64,000 nucleotides of DNA from Oculina patagonica (Eukaryota). The translations under genes and the position numbers were made by a program. The stretch is from the NCBI RefSeq assembly GCF_052425735.1, contig NC_135759.1, positions 23,870,001 to 23,934,000 on the forward strand. The letters run 5' to 3'. Of this stretch, positions 49,899-62,000 are shown in pieces (within the stretch, counting starts at the first letter, position 1; every line of letters starts with the position of its first letter). The notes beneath the pieces are model-generated. The model was not told where the DNA came from, ran no database searches, and worked only from the letters and a program-made list of their open reading frames with translations.

Positions 49899-50910
49899 TT
49901 GCAGACATGGCTCCGAAAGGCATACTCTTTTAAGGTATCTTACATTAACGAAAACTCAGGGGGGGGGATCCATCGGCATCCCTCCCCTCTTCCCCTTTTT
50001 ACTATTGTGGGGGAATGACTGCTTGTACGTCTGCTGGGGACTGTTGGCATTGCATTCAAATGAGATTCTTTTTACAGCAGTGGTTGACCAGGGGAGCCCG
50101 GTCACCTCTCTTCCTCTTGATTACGCCATGCATTTACTCTTTCAGATTGTTGCCCAGATACTTCATTATCTAGTACGTAAAAACTGTAATATGCGTTTAA
50201 CACATACCATTGACGGGCCTGAGCCCTTACTGTGTAAGCTTCAGTGACGTTTGTTGGACTTTATAACGATCTTTCTTTGTCATAACTACAGAGTTTGCAT
50301 TGTCTTCGTCAATTTCCTTATGAAACAGAGATCGCCTTCGACTTAAATTAAATGCCAAAACAAACACAGGACTACACGCTGATAAACTGATACTTGCCTT
50401 TAGTTCGGTGTCAGTGTTGACATTACAGAAAGGGCCAATCAAGTTCCGTCTTTTTGTTTGTCCTTTTTGTTGACAAGCCTAAATAAAAGATAAAATAGTG
50501 AGACTACAACCTAACAAGGCGATTTGAAATCTCAGCAAAAAACCCAGTGAAAGTTTAACATTGACAACTAACAGGATGGATGCAAAGATTCAACCGAAGG
50601 AACAAAGCAGGATGAAAAAATTCTTAACTACAATAAACGATTTTGCACTATTTTCAGACTATGGCTATTGTAAATGTCTACTGCAAAACTGGAGATTTAG
50701 TCCTTGCAGAGAATTTGCTCCTAAAGATCCAGACAAATTCGTTTTTGTCACAAATACGTTTATTTAATTGGGTGCCGGATACAGCTTCCACTAAGCAGTA
50801 AATCGTTTTCCTCCATGGCTTCTGTGTTGTGGGAATACTGCGCCCGCATAAAACCACGACAACATCAAGAAGAACGATTGACCAATTTGCACCGAATCTA
50901 CCGGTGGTTA

Positions 50911-51336
50911 CCGTATTTATTCGATTAAGCGCCCAGCCTCGAATAAGCGCCCACCCTGAAGGTGGGAAAAGCAAATAAGCGCCCAGCCTCGAATAAGCGC
51001 CCACCCCACATCCGCATTCTGCCCTATGCCTTCAAAAAAGAGAAATGTAGAAGAGGAGTACTTTGATTATTATTAAAATTGAGATTAAAATTGGCTAAGT
51101 AGAGACTTCCTCGAAGACCGAGTTTTGTTAGTATTTTAAAGAAACTTTCAATGAACAGTTAATATTCTACTTTGGTACATTTTTACATTTTATCATTATT
51201 CTTTGTTTTGTTGTACATTAAACTAACTACTTGCGAGTTATGGCGAAAATTTAATAAGCGCCCAGCCTCGAATAAGCGCCCACTCTAAAGGTCCAAAATT
51301 AAATAAGCGCCCAGGGCGCTTAATCGAAAAATACGG
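50911..51336. mobile_element. MITE, TA target duplication (Tc1/mariner superfamily)
   Basis: TA|CCGTATTTATTCGATTAAGCGCCC … GGGCGCTTAATCGAAAAATACGG|TA, with internal AATAAGCGCCCA repeats. Confidence 0.9.
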
Positions 51337-51842
51337 TACTATAATTTCACCAACCTGATGAGAAACATCCCACGAAGACGTAACAGCCACATTTAGAGAC
51401 ATGAAAGTTTGGATGACTGTCCGGGATTCAACACGTGTATCTTACATCAAATCATCATTTTCGGTTGAATATATCTTTGTTTCGGTTCATTTGGTAATGT
51501 ACTGGCCATGGAGTATATCTTCGTTCTTGTACTTACATCATAGCCTTTTTTTACAAGCTTGTCGCGAAGGGCTTTTACCTTTGTAGAGAAATCGACGAAG
51601 CCGAAGAACCAATGCAACGCGCAAAGGTGATGCCAAACTGAGCTCGCGATGAATAGTAATTATTTGGGTCAGCATGCGTTTATTTGAATAATTTGCAATG
51701 TAAATTTGTAACAGAGATTATTTTCGCGCCAATGCAGTCGCATTTCGACGTTTTGAGTTAAAGTCATTAGATCCTTTAGTTCATAGACTTTAAGGTGCTT
51801 CAAAAAGGTTGGAAACTTAGTGGGACGAACGATATATATGAA

Positions 51843-51910
51843 GGAGAGGAGAGGAGAGGAGAGGAGAGGAGAGGAGAGGAGAGGAGAGGAGAGGAGAGGA
51901 GAGGAGAGGA
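51843..51910 (+). repeat. (GGAGA)n polypurine microsatellite
   Basis: About 13 perfect pentamers. Confidence 0.95.
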
Positions 51911-52335
51911 TGAGGGGGGGGAGAGGATGAGGGAACTTAGCTCGCTTTGTTTCTATTTGTCGTAACACATTTTCCCCTCGATTTCTTCTGGGACGGGAGA
52001 GCTTTTTAATTGTACATTTCTTTTTACAGTTATATACATTTTATGCCTACCTTTTTAGCTTGTGAATTTCAAATTTAACTTTAATCTTTTTTTCTTATGA
52101 TATTGTAATGCGCAATTGAAAAATTCCTAAATTGATAAATGCACAATAGAAGTTAATTAATCATATTTATTTATTATACTCCTGACATTGAGATGAAAAA
52201 GTGCTGGCGGAAACTAAACAAATACAAGCCGGACATCATATAAAACTGTTCACAAAGAACGGAAACAAGATGATGATTTCTCATTGAACGATGTTTGGCG
52301 TTATGAATACACAGTAAACGTTCATATAGTTTAAG

Positions 52336-54732
52336 ATGAGTTCAAGGAAAGGTTTCTTAATTTCATTTCTCTTTCTATGGAGACTAGCGAGCACTGTTGG
52401 AAACCGAATGATAGGTAAGATGTGCCGATTAAACATTTCGCTATTTTCTCTTTTCTCTTCATATAATACATGGCAACTAAAGCACTTTTAAAGCAAACTT
52501 TGGTTTAGTTAACATATTTTAAATTACTCTAAAGTTCTATTTTTCCGATCATATGCGTTGTTCATATATACAATGCGTTGTTCGTAGATCTAAAAACAAA
52601 ACTAAAAACGTTAACAAAGAACAGTTATCAATAGAAATGATTATTAACGTAATGGAAGTCTTCACTAAAACCGCTTGTTGGTGTTATGTTCACTCCATGA
52701 TCAGTAATTTCCTTTTAGTGTGTTGTCTTCCGCACGTATACACTTTCGTAATTATTCAGGTCATTTCTTCAAAAATTTCTGTATCTCTCTTATGATCTTT
52801 AAGTTAAGTGTTTTTTCATTCTCTTCTATAAATAATGCTGGCGGTCAAGCTAATGGTGTCCTAACAGAGGGCTTGATTTTACCAATTTCACAGACTCTAC
52901 TGTGCAGGTCAAAATTTGGCTATAAAAAGTCCATTTTTTCTTTATTTTTTGCTCATTATAATACATGCCAGGCAAATTCACCTGCCGTTTTTAATAGCGG
53001 ATAACGAGCGTATACATTTCCTCGACGGAAACGGAACACTCAAAAGATGTCTGTCTCTCTGTCAATAGTGAGATTACATGTACTTTCTGGGCGAAAACGA
53101 AAAACTTATTAAATTTTTCAATTAATTTTTAATTTTGAACCATAAACGATTTTCACCATTTGTGTGTCCTGACCTATGCCTTAGCAATCAAGCTTTCACC
53201 GACCTTGCATGAGTGCATGTTACAGTAAGACTATAAGAACTGAGTAATTTGTTGGTCTGTTCTCGTTAAATCAATTCAATTTCATTCGTCATGGGGCCTA
53301 TGGTTATTAATTCATTGCATCAACACAGAAAAATTAAACCACTACGTTGTGGCTAAGTGAACTCGGCAGTACGATTTTTATCTCAGTCTTTTTGTTATAT
53401 AGTGGTTTGTTACTATGGACTGACACTCGTGATGAATACGCCAAGACATTTTAAAAGAGAGCTTCTTCAAAGAGTCAATCCCGACGTCAAAAACCGGTCA
53501 AGCTTAAATCCCTTATCGTCAAGAAATCAAACTGAGAAAAAAAATTGTGTATTTTTTTGTCTGGATTCGACTATTCGAGACCATAAGATACCCAGAGTGC
53601 TAGAGAGTTTCTTTCTTCCTCTTATTTTGCAAAAAGTGCGTTTTCGTTTATTACGTGATTGTCGATATACAGCCAAAAGTAACTTGATTGTGAGCCCCTT
53701 TTAACTGGCTCAGAAAAACTCGTGAATTATTTTCAGAGACCGATCAAATGGAAAAGAATATTTTTATCAACAAAAGCAAAGCCAAACCCAATCGTTGGCT
53801 TTCCCGCCATGATTTTCCCGCCATTGGCACCTGTAGCAAGTCATTTGTTTTGAGTCTCGATTAGTTCATTCTTTACTTTATTTTATTATTCCACTATTGC
53901 GCCATTTTACCATATTAGGGCAAAAGAAGGCGCAAAATATATACCACGTTGTTACACTGTAGAACAAGGCAAAAATACGGGCGAACAAACTTACAGAACA
54001 CGGACCCAAACTTAGTGGGAAAAATAGTGGAATAATAAATATCTTTTCGATGGTTTAACATATAATACGAGCGGACATTTTGTCATTGCTCGTAATTTTC
54101 TTCGACCCTACGGGGCTCGGAAAAATACTACGCAACTCGCAATATTCGCGCGTATTCTATGTAAAACCATCGAAAAAGGTGTATTTATTCGGCTAGATGT
54201 CATTTTGGTCTTATTTCAGTGATAAAATATTATTTATTTTGTAACACACGGCAATTTATCCTGCCTATCGCTAGGAGAGTGGACGCAATGGAGCGCATGC
54301 TCCTCATCAGATGGATCAGGAACTGGGTTTCAGCAGAGGGTGTTTCAATGTAAGTCCACAGCAGAGGTGTGTCAGCAAGTGCAGTCCCCGGAGACAAGAT
54401 CATGTGTTATGGCTATTCACGACGACATGGCTGATAGCTTCAAAGATCGCTACCTCGAAGGCCTGTTCCAAGGAAGCAAGACCGACGTAGCTTTAAGAGA
54501 CCACAATATCAAAGAGCTGTTGGTTTCTTCCGAAACAGAATGCGCTCTTCATTGCATGAGAATACCTGAATGCAGCTCTATCAATATTGGAGTGCAGGAC
54601 TCAGCACATGCACTATTTGCATTACTTGTGTGCCAGCTTAACAAGTCCACTGCTGATTCTGTACCAGAGGATTTAGTTGGTTCCATTGGTTTCAACTATT
54701 ACAGCGTATTATCCAGGCATTTCGGAGATTGA
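52336..54732 (+). CDS. Small secreted TSR-PAN/Apple protein, ~178 aa (TSR-PAN gene D, paralog of C)
   Basis: Exon 52336-52414 (MSSRKGFLISFLFLWRLASTVG, donor GTAAGA) + exon 54275-54732 (EWTQWSACSSSDGSG..QQR; ALRDHNIKELLVSSETECALHCMRIPECSSIN..CQLNK..YYS). Total 537 nt. ATG context is similar to gene C. Confidence 0.88.
54034..54189. mobile_element. Palindromic MITE-like element in the gene D intron
   Basis: AATAAATATCTTTTCGATGGTTTAACAT … ATGTAAAACCATCGAAAAAGGTGTATTTATT. Confidence 0.7.
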
Positions 54733-55465
54733 GGACTGTGCCGGGTTACACTAATTTTAGACTAACAGGTTTTAAAGGCGCGCTGGACAGGTGATGGGAA
54801 CGGTTCGCCAAACAACGTCTCGGTTTAGAATACTTTTACTAAATCTGTAAAACACAATTTATATAATAGTCTGTAAAAAGATTTTGGTAGTATTAAAAGC
54901 CAGTGCGCTAAACGACCAATAAAATGGTTCTGCTTGAGCGTTACTTTAGATATCCTGTGGGGGAGGGGGACGGCTGAACACAGGCTATACTTTAGACACA
55001 ACCTGGTGCTTTTCTTAACAGCCCTCGCAAAGCAACCAGTAGCATAGTCGTAGCAGAGGTATGGGAGGTACCCGAGGGGCCCGTCTCCACTTGTTCCTGG
55101 AAAAATATAAGAATTGAAGGGACGAGAATTTTGCCCGCTCCAGCCCCCACTTTGTTACTAACCAAGGACCCACCACAACCCCACCAACCCTTTCTCCTTT
55201 ATTTTTTCGGCAGGTTCATTTTCATCAAGACATCAAGGACACCGTTCTGTTTTGGCGGTGTGAAAATCTGAGGAGCGCTTTTCATTTATACACTCGTCCC
55301 GTTCTACTTTGTTTGTGAAAAAATTGTGGTTCCACTTGGCAAAAAATCCAATAAGTGGTGGTAGCAAACTTGGTTTAAACACATGAGAAAACCTTACTGG
55401 CAAAGTTGGTTTATATCATTACAAGAACTATACTGTCTTTCAGGAACCAATCATTATCTGTTGGT

Positions 55466-55750
55466 TAGAGCAGTTTTCAATTGAGTGTCGTAAAACCAAA
55501 ACCAAAGTAATTACTCTGGCCAATCACAAAGGACACAGACAATCCAGTGAACCAATCAAAACTCGAAGCAAATACATGTAGCTGGCACGAAACGCGGGAA
55601 AACGTGCGCGAGCGAGTCACAATTGGTTTTGGTTTTACTCCTGATTGGCTGAGAAAGTGGCGCGAGATTTTTAAGCCAATCACTAAGCGTAGTAATGCAA
55701 AACCAAAGCAAACGCAATTTACATTCGACACTCAAGTGAAAACCGCTCTA
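55466..55750. mobile_element. MITE (TAGAGC…GCTCTA ends) flanked by an ~115-bp direct duplication
   Basis: TAGAGCAGTTTTCAATTGAGTGTCG … CGACACTCAAGTGAAAACCGCTCTA. Flanks 55352-55467 and 55749-55860 are near-identical. Confidence 0.88.
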
Positions 55751-56026
55751 AGTGGTGGTCGCAAACTTGGTTTAAACACATGAGAAAACCTTACTGGCAA
55801 AGTTGGTTTATATCATTACAAGAACTATACTGTCACTATCCAATCATTATCTGTTGGTTAGTAATGAAATCCATGTCGTAACTCGCAAAATGTGAACTTT
55901 AATTTTGTTCTTCACTTTTTTTGATGAGAAAATCATTAACTATGCATATTAATAGACGGCCGCTTGTCTAAGCTGCCCCTTTAAAAGCCTTTTGGTAAAC
56001 AAATATCTATACCCTCCAAGACATAA

Positions 56027-59000
56027 CTAATCAGCGCCCACTGTACCCAAAACAGCGGCATAAGCAGTCAACAAGTTGGCAGCCTGCCTCGTTTCCAATA
56101 GCAACCGAGCTTCAAGCAGCCAATCATGAGCTAAATTTCTAGGCTCCCCGCGAAGCTGATTCACCAACCGCGTTGCTAGCTCCAGATCTCCACGGCGCAC
56201 GTAATACTCTGCGCGCGCCAGAAGATCAAAAGTGTCTACATTGTCTAGATCTACGAGTTCTCCTTCCTTTTTAGGATCAAACGAATCGAAGATTAGAAAA
56301 GATTGAAAATACGACAGTAGATGAGTCCAAGGAGAAGCTCCGTTCTCTCCTATCATGGCTACTCGACGACACCATCTCCGGACCTTGTAAAAGCGACGGG
56401 TTACATGCTCCTCGTTCAACACTCCCCTTGTTACTGCCTCTAAAGGTAAAGAGTTGAGGACCTGGGAAACCAGTGGATCTTCTGCCGCTGCGTCGTGAAT
56501 GGCCGTCAGCTGAGGCAGCAGTGGCCTTGGTTGGTCAACACCTTTGTCGATAGCTGTACTCAGCGACTGGCATGCTGCCCACAGCTTTTGAGACTGCTTG
56601 TTTTGTTTTTCGATGTCTGCTCGACCTTCTATCACTGCCTCGACGCCTCGTAATTGAGCAAGGGCACCAGCTAGTTGCGTCTCAAAGGCGCTTTTTTCAT
56701 CGTTCAACTTCTGTCGTAAGTCTTCTTTGTGCCTGGAAAGAAGTACATCATAATTATTATGTTAGAAATTCTAAACATCAATCTATGTTAATTACCCTGC
56801 TACTCATCCAGGCGCCTGGATTGTGGGGGAAAGAGGAAGAGGATATCTGAAACGTGAAACTACTTAATTTACTGCTTAAAAATCTCTGCAAAGTTTTTTT
56901 TTTTTTCGCTGCAAAGATGTCTTTACCAAAGGTAGTTTCCCGAGATAATGTGCAAAAAGAAAAACAAGAAAGAGAAAAAGAAAACAAGAAAAATTCGATA
57001 ATGATGGGAATTTGATTAAATCCCGGGCCAGTCAAATATGCATTTCCGCGCAAATACCTAAATGAGCATGAGATAAGGGACTTCCATGTAATTTGAACCC
57101 CAGGGATGGGTCGCAAGGTGGGTGAAGAGCTACCTTTTCTTATTGGAAGAATTCCCCGAGTTCGCGGTGTAAGTAAACGACGTTGCTAGGTTATGCGATT
57201 GACGTTATAACATCCGCCGATGCGTTTGTGCAATGTTATGGTTGGCTAAACGAATCGGAATCTCTTCGTACAATTTAACGAAGACTGTATTTTCACGTCC
57301 ACCAGCCTGTCTGCATCGAAAATCGAATTGTATTCAGTCAATCAAGAAGAGCCTAGACTACATTACAGCTGTGAGTTGTGACACAAGAGCGTCTCGTGAC
57401 GATCCACTAACCTGCTCTCTATTTCTGTTGCTTGTACACGGAGCACTTCAGCCAAGTGATCACTGTACGCTGCTGCTTGGCGACGCAGCTGTTGACGGAG
57501 GCTCGCCTCGTGTTCTACTGCAAGCTCTGCCTCCTAAGAACAAAAGACGTGTAACCTTTGTAAGCATGACTTTGTGTCAAAAAACGTCTTTGGCAACCTA
57601 TTTCATTGCGATTTATAGCGTTAGAGTAGAGTAGAGCAATTTTTGCGCAAAGTAAAATACAGTCGAAGCTCCGCTAATGAACACCTCCCATAAGCGAACA
57701 CTTTGTCCTGCCACATACAAACACTACTGACAATTTAACCTCTTATAATGCTTGTAATTAAACAGCTACTGACCGCTGCGGTTTTTGAGTACAGGTACAT
57801 GTGCATGTTGTAATGTAAAATAAAAGTTTGACGATGGAAAGGGAGAGGAAACCCATACAGTTCTTCACCCAGCCCACTGATTTAACAGCTTCAGTGGCAA
57901 GAGATTAGTAAAAAATAAATTCACAGTCAGCCCTTTCTTACCTTCTTCTTGAGGGAAGTCTCAAACTCGGACGCCATTCTTTCACCTTCTTGTTTTAGTT
58001 TAAGATCAGTTAACTTGGCATCTTCTTCACGCTGGATTTTAAGGGAGTTCTCTAGCCTCTTCTGCTCTTCAGTCTGGTAGCTAGCCAACTCCTGAGTCAG
58101 TTGATCAAGTCTCTTACGCGCATACGCCAAAAGGACCGACTCTGATCTGATAATGAGATCAATTAGTAATTAGAAAACATCAGTACATTGATTTGTATAC
58201 ATTGCCAAAAAACTATAATCTGGGTGATACTGCTTTAATCAGCGCTCAACTAATAGTATTCGAACAATTGAAGTCTCGAGTACCTTCAGCACAGAGGCAG
58301 AATTGATTGACATCCAGCAAAGTTACTGACTGGTAACTGCTCATATGATTAATGCCCGTTGGTCAAACCAGCAGCACGCATTAAAGACAATTTAACATTT
58401 CGTGAATTGAATTGAAAAGAAAAAAAAACAAAGATACCAGTGGCACATAAGGTGATTCAACCCTATAAGAAATTATCTTTCAGTGACGTTTTAAACTCAC
58501 TCATGAATGAGATGAATTATTTCATTAATTGACATATTGTAAACTTAAAGCAGTCAAGCAGACGGCTAACATGTCAAGGGTAAAGTACTTTTTCAAAAGT
58601 TGAGAGTATTATGACAACTTTGCCGTTTATGCGCATCCTTACTGCGCACGTAATTCATCTTGCAACGTCACGCCAAGTCATGCATGAGCGCGTGCGCTGA
58701 GAAAACTCTCCAAACACATATAGAGTGAGTAGCCGTTGCATTAAATTCGCTTGCAGTTTGCTCTCTTAAATGGTCGGTGACCCCCATTTTTTTTCTGGAT
58801 AAAAAACCTTTTGAGATTGACAAAAAACGAGCAAAATTCGAATGTTGGAAGTTTATTATTTTTATCATTTTCTCTTCCGCATGCGATCGAATCGGTCCAT
58901 TTTTCAGCATTTTGCTGTTTTGAACGTTTACAAATCCAATTGTTAAAGACAAGGTTTGCTCTAAGGGACTTAAAAAGTGAAATATATTTGTTCAATAGAC

Positions 59001-62000
59001 CCACTCATGACAAATAAATTGGGACAAAGGAAGTTGGCCTGCACCAATTCATTTAAAATATTTTGTTGCCAGGAGCCGCAGAGGTCATATCGAGTGACAA
59101 AATCAAATTTATCCAAATAAGCGCGTTCTGATATCATATCTCAAAAACGAATTCAGTGACCCAAATTTGTTTACATTTCTGACATAAGTAACTTGTAAAC
59201 TAGCAGTGGTGAAAGTTAAAGAAAAATTGCAATGTTGGAAGATTTTCGCGTGAACGTCCTTAAAATCAAGGTGCATGTAATGTAACACAATGTCACTGTG
59301 TTTACAGTCATGAGGAAAATGCAAAATTATGTCACCAAAGAGTAATCTTAATCCCTTACCTAACATCTTTCTCTTCACCACCCTCCAAAGCTTCTCCTTT
59401 CAGGGCACCTGGTATAATACCCAGCAGCTCCTTCTTAAGTGCCTCTTTGCTCTCTTGCAAGTCTTTCTGATGCTCCTCCAGTACTGCTGCCTCTGCTTTG
59501 GACTGCTGCATGTCTAATGCTGCCTTCTGCACTCTGTAACTAACACGAGCTGCTTCCTCTGTTGCCGTGGTAACTGCCTGCTTAGCTCCAGCTGCTTCAG
59601 CTTCTTTGATGATGGAATGCACCTTTTCAACTTCCTCATTAACTTTCACCTGGTAGACACAAATGAAACACCTGCCAATCAACACATGAAGGAAAACAAG
59701 ATACCGTAAATTTCCTTAAGTAATCACCCTGGTTACTTTTGGATCAGAGCTAACTAGCCTAATGGCTAGCGACAGCTTTGATTTTACTAGCCAACACTAA
59801 TTTTCTACTAGACAAATTTTTTAGCAAACTTTTGATTCAGCAGAGGCACATCGCCATCTTCACCTCGTATTTGACAATTTCTTTAAGAGTATCAATAAAG
59901 TGCATCAATATCAAACCAGACTGGCAAGTAAGATTTCATACTATCTGCCAAAAGCAAGGACTAATTACGGAAAATTTAACATTCGTTTTTTCGGTGCTAA
60001 AGTTTGGAATTCCATTGATGGCTCACTTAAAACTAAGAGTCGTGCTTGTTAAAAAAATCTCTTTAAAGAATTGATTATCTCCAACTACTAACTGGTTACA
60101 TTGATGAACTTTATTTTTCTTTTCTGTGTGTACATACACTTTTCTTTTTTTGTTATCTGTCTGTGTGTGTGTGTGTGAATGGAAATCGTGTCCCGTTTTT
60201 TTTATACTCTGTAACTTTATTGCAATATTTTTTTCCGCTTGGCCCAGCCACTTAGCTCTCTAAGTGGCGGTGCTCTTTTTTTTTATTGTTAATTTTTCCT
60301 CTTGCATGTATTTATTTATTGTAAAACTCTTCTGGGCACGAAATAAAGATTGTTGTTGTTGTTGTTGTTGTTGTTGTTTCACTAGCTCTCTTATCATTAT
60401 CTTTATCAGATAGAGTATTCTCCTTGTTTTCCTGGCCTCTTTTGCTCCCACGTGCAGCAAAAATACCAGCAGCAAAATTTCACTATAGCCATTTTGGCTA
60501 GAGAAAGCCCAAAACCTACCAGCCAATACTGCATTTCTACTAGCCTGTTGCTAGTTGGCTACCTTAAGTCTTGAGCCCTGCTGGATTTAGCAACCATTGC
60601 CAATCAACACTATTAGGGGATTGAACTTTTGGGGGTTGCTACTTTTCGGTAGGTTTAGGTTAGCATCAATGTTTTTTTCCATTCTATGTACCACTTGGGA
60701 CAACAAATTATGGTAAATTTAATCTACGAAAATTGTAATAGTTGACAGGAACAAATGAGTTAAAAATCATTCTTTTTGGGTTATTTTATCTCACCGTTTT
60801 AGTATACCTTATTATAGGAAATTAACGCGTCATGAAATTAACGCGAATTTCAAAAATTCGTGTTAATTTAAGTCGCGTTAATGTTTGTTAACGTTAATTT
60901 CCGCACCGTTAATTAAGTGGAGTGTTAATTTCCATGACCTTAATTTCCATTATTTTGGCCCCAATTTCTTGTTGCAGTCCAGACGTTCTTGACTCAAAGG
61001 AAAAATCTTTTTTTTTTTATCAGGGTGGACATCTGCCGCTATACTGAGACTGCGAAGAACGCTCGAAGTGGGAAAAGTACCATGGACATATTTTGTGTTT
61101 AAGATTATACGCCAACAAGTGTTGAAATAAACTTGTTCGTGTTGTGTACAACGCGTTAATTTCCTTCATTTTGAAATGTTACCCCCTCTTTCGCGTTAAT
61201 TTCCTTCATTTTGAAATGTTACCCCCTCTTTCGAGTTAATTTCCTTTATTGGGAAGTAATTTTTCCTTCAATTTGCGTTAATTTAAGTCGCGTTAATTTC
61301 CAATACCTTAATTAACACAAGCGTTAATTTCCTATAATAAGGTATACTTAAACATTTGACTGAGTAAATATCCACCACTAGCCACCTTCACTTCGCTAAA
61401 TAGTTGTTAAATAACTGCACTTTAAGAAGTGGTTAAAAAAACTTCTTTAAGGGAACACAATATTATCATGATTTGTAAATCACATACCTGTGCAGCTTTG
61501 GCAGCAGTTACACTGTCAGTGGCTGCCTTTTGAGAATTTAGTACCACATCACTGAGATCTTTCAGACTTCCACCCTGTTGTGTTTGAGCTAGTGCAGACC
61601 TCAGCTGTTCAACGTGTGCTTTTATGGCTCCTGCTGCTTTCTGCTGTGCCTCGACGGCTTCTTGACCAATGACCTTTAATTTATCCATGGCATCGTGAAC
61701 CATAAGTTCCATGGCAGTCTGATCTACTATGGCTTCAACTTCTTTTTCAGTAAGACTTGTATCCACATCTACATTGTGTACATGGAGCAATGGTTAACTG
61801 AAAATTCTAGGTACATGTTTAAGGTACATAGAAAGTTGACTTCAACACATGAATATGACCCCTTTGTGTAAGGATCTCCCATCAAAACGTCAATTAACAT
61901 TTCCAACTTGAAATATACATTTATGTTAAATTTACAGGGGCAAGGGCTCAGAAAAAAAACTTGAATTCCAGCTTGTCCTTCAGACAAGCAACTTTCAAAA

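Noticed and set aside
50678-51410. Minus-strand ORF restored by removing the 50911-51336 MITE
   Set aside because: The ~100-codon frame has no recognisable motif or splice support and could arise by chance.
51669-51968. ORF with (LLSSP)n; likewise the polyQ ORF at 60260-60526
   Set aside because: Translations of the (GGAGA)n and (TTG)n microsatellites.
58546-60580. Further transposon-like segments in IMMT introns (58546-59263, 59745-60580)
   Set aside because: They look repeat-derived, but I could not match both termini and a TSD confidently.
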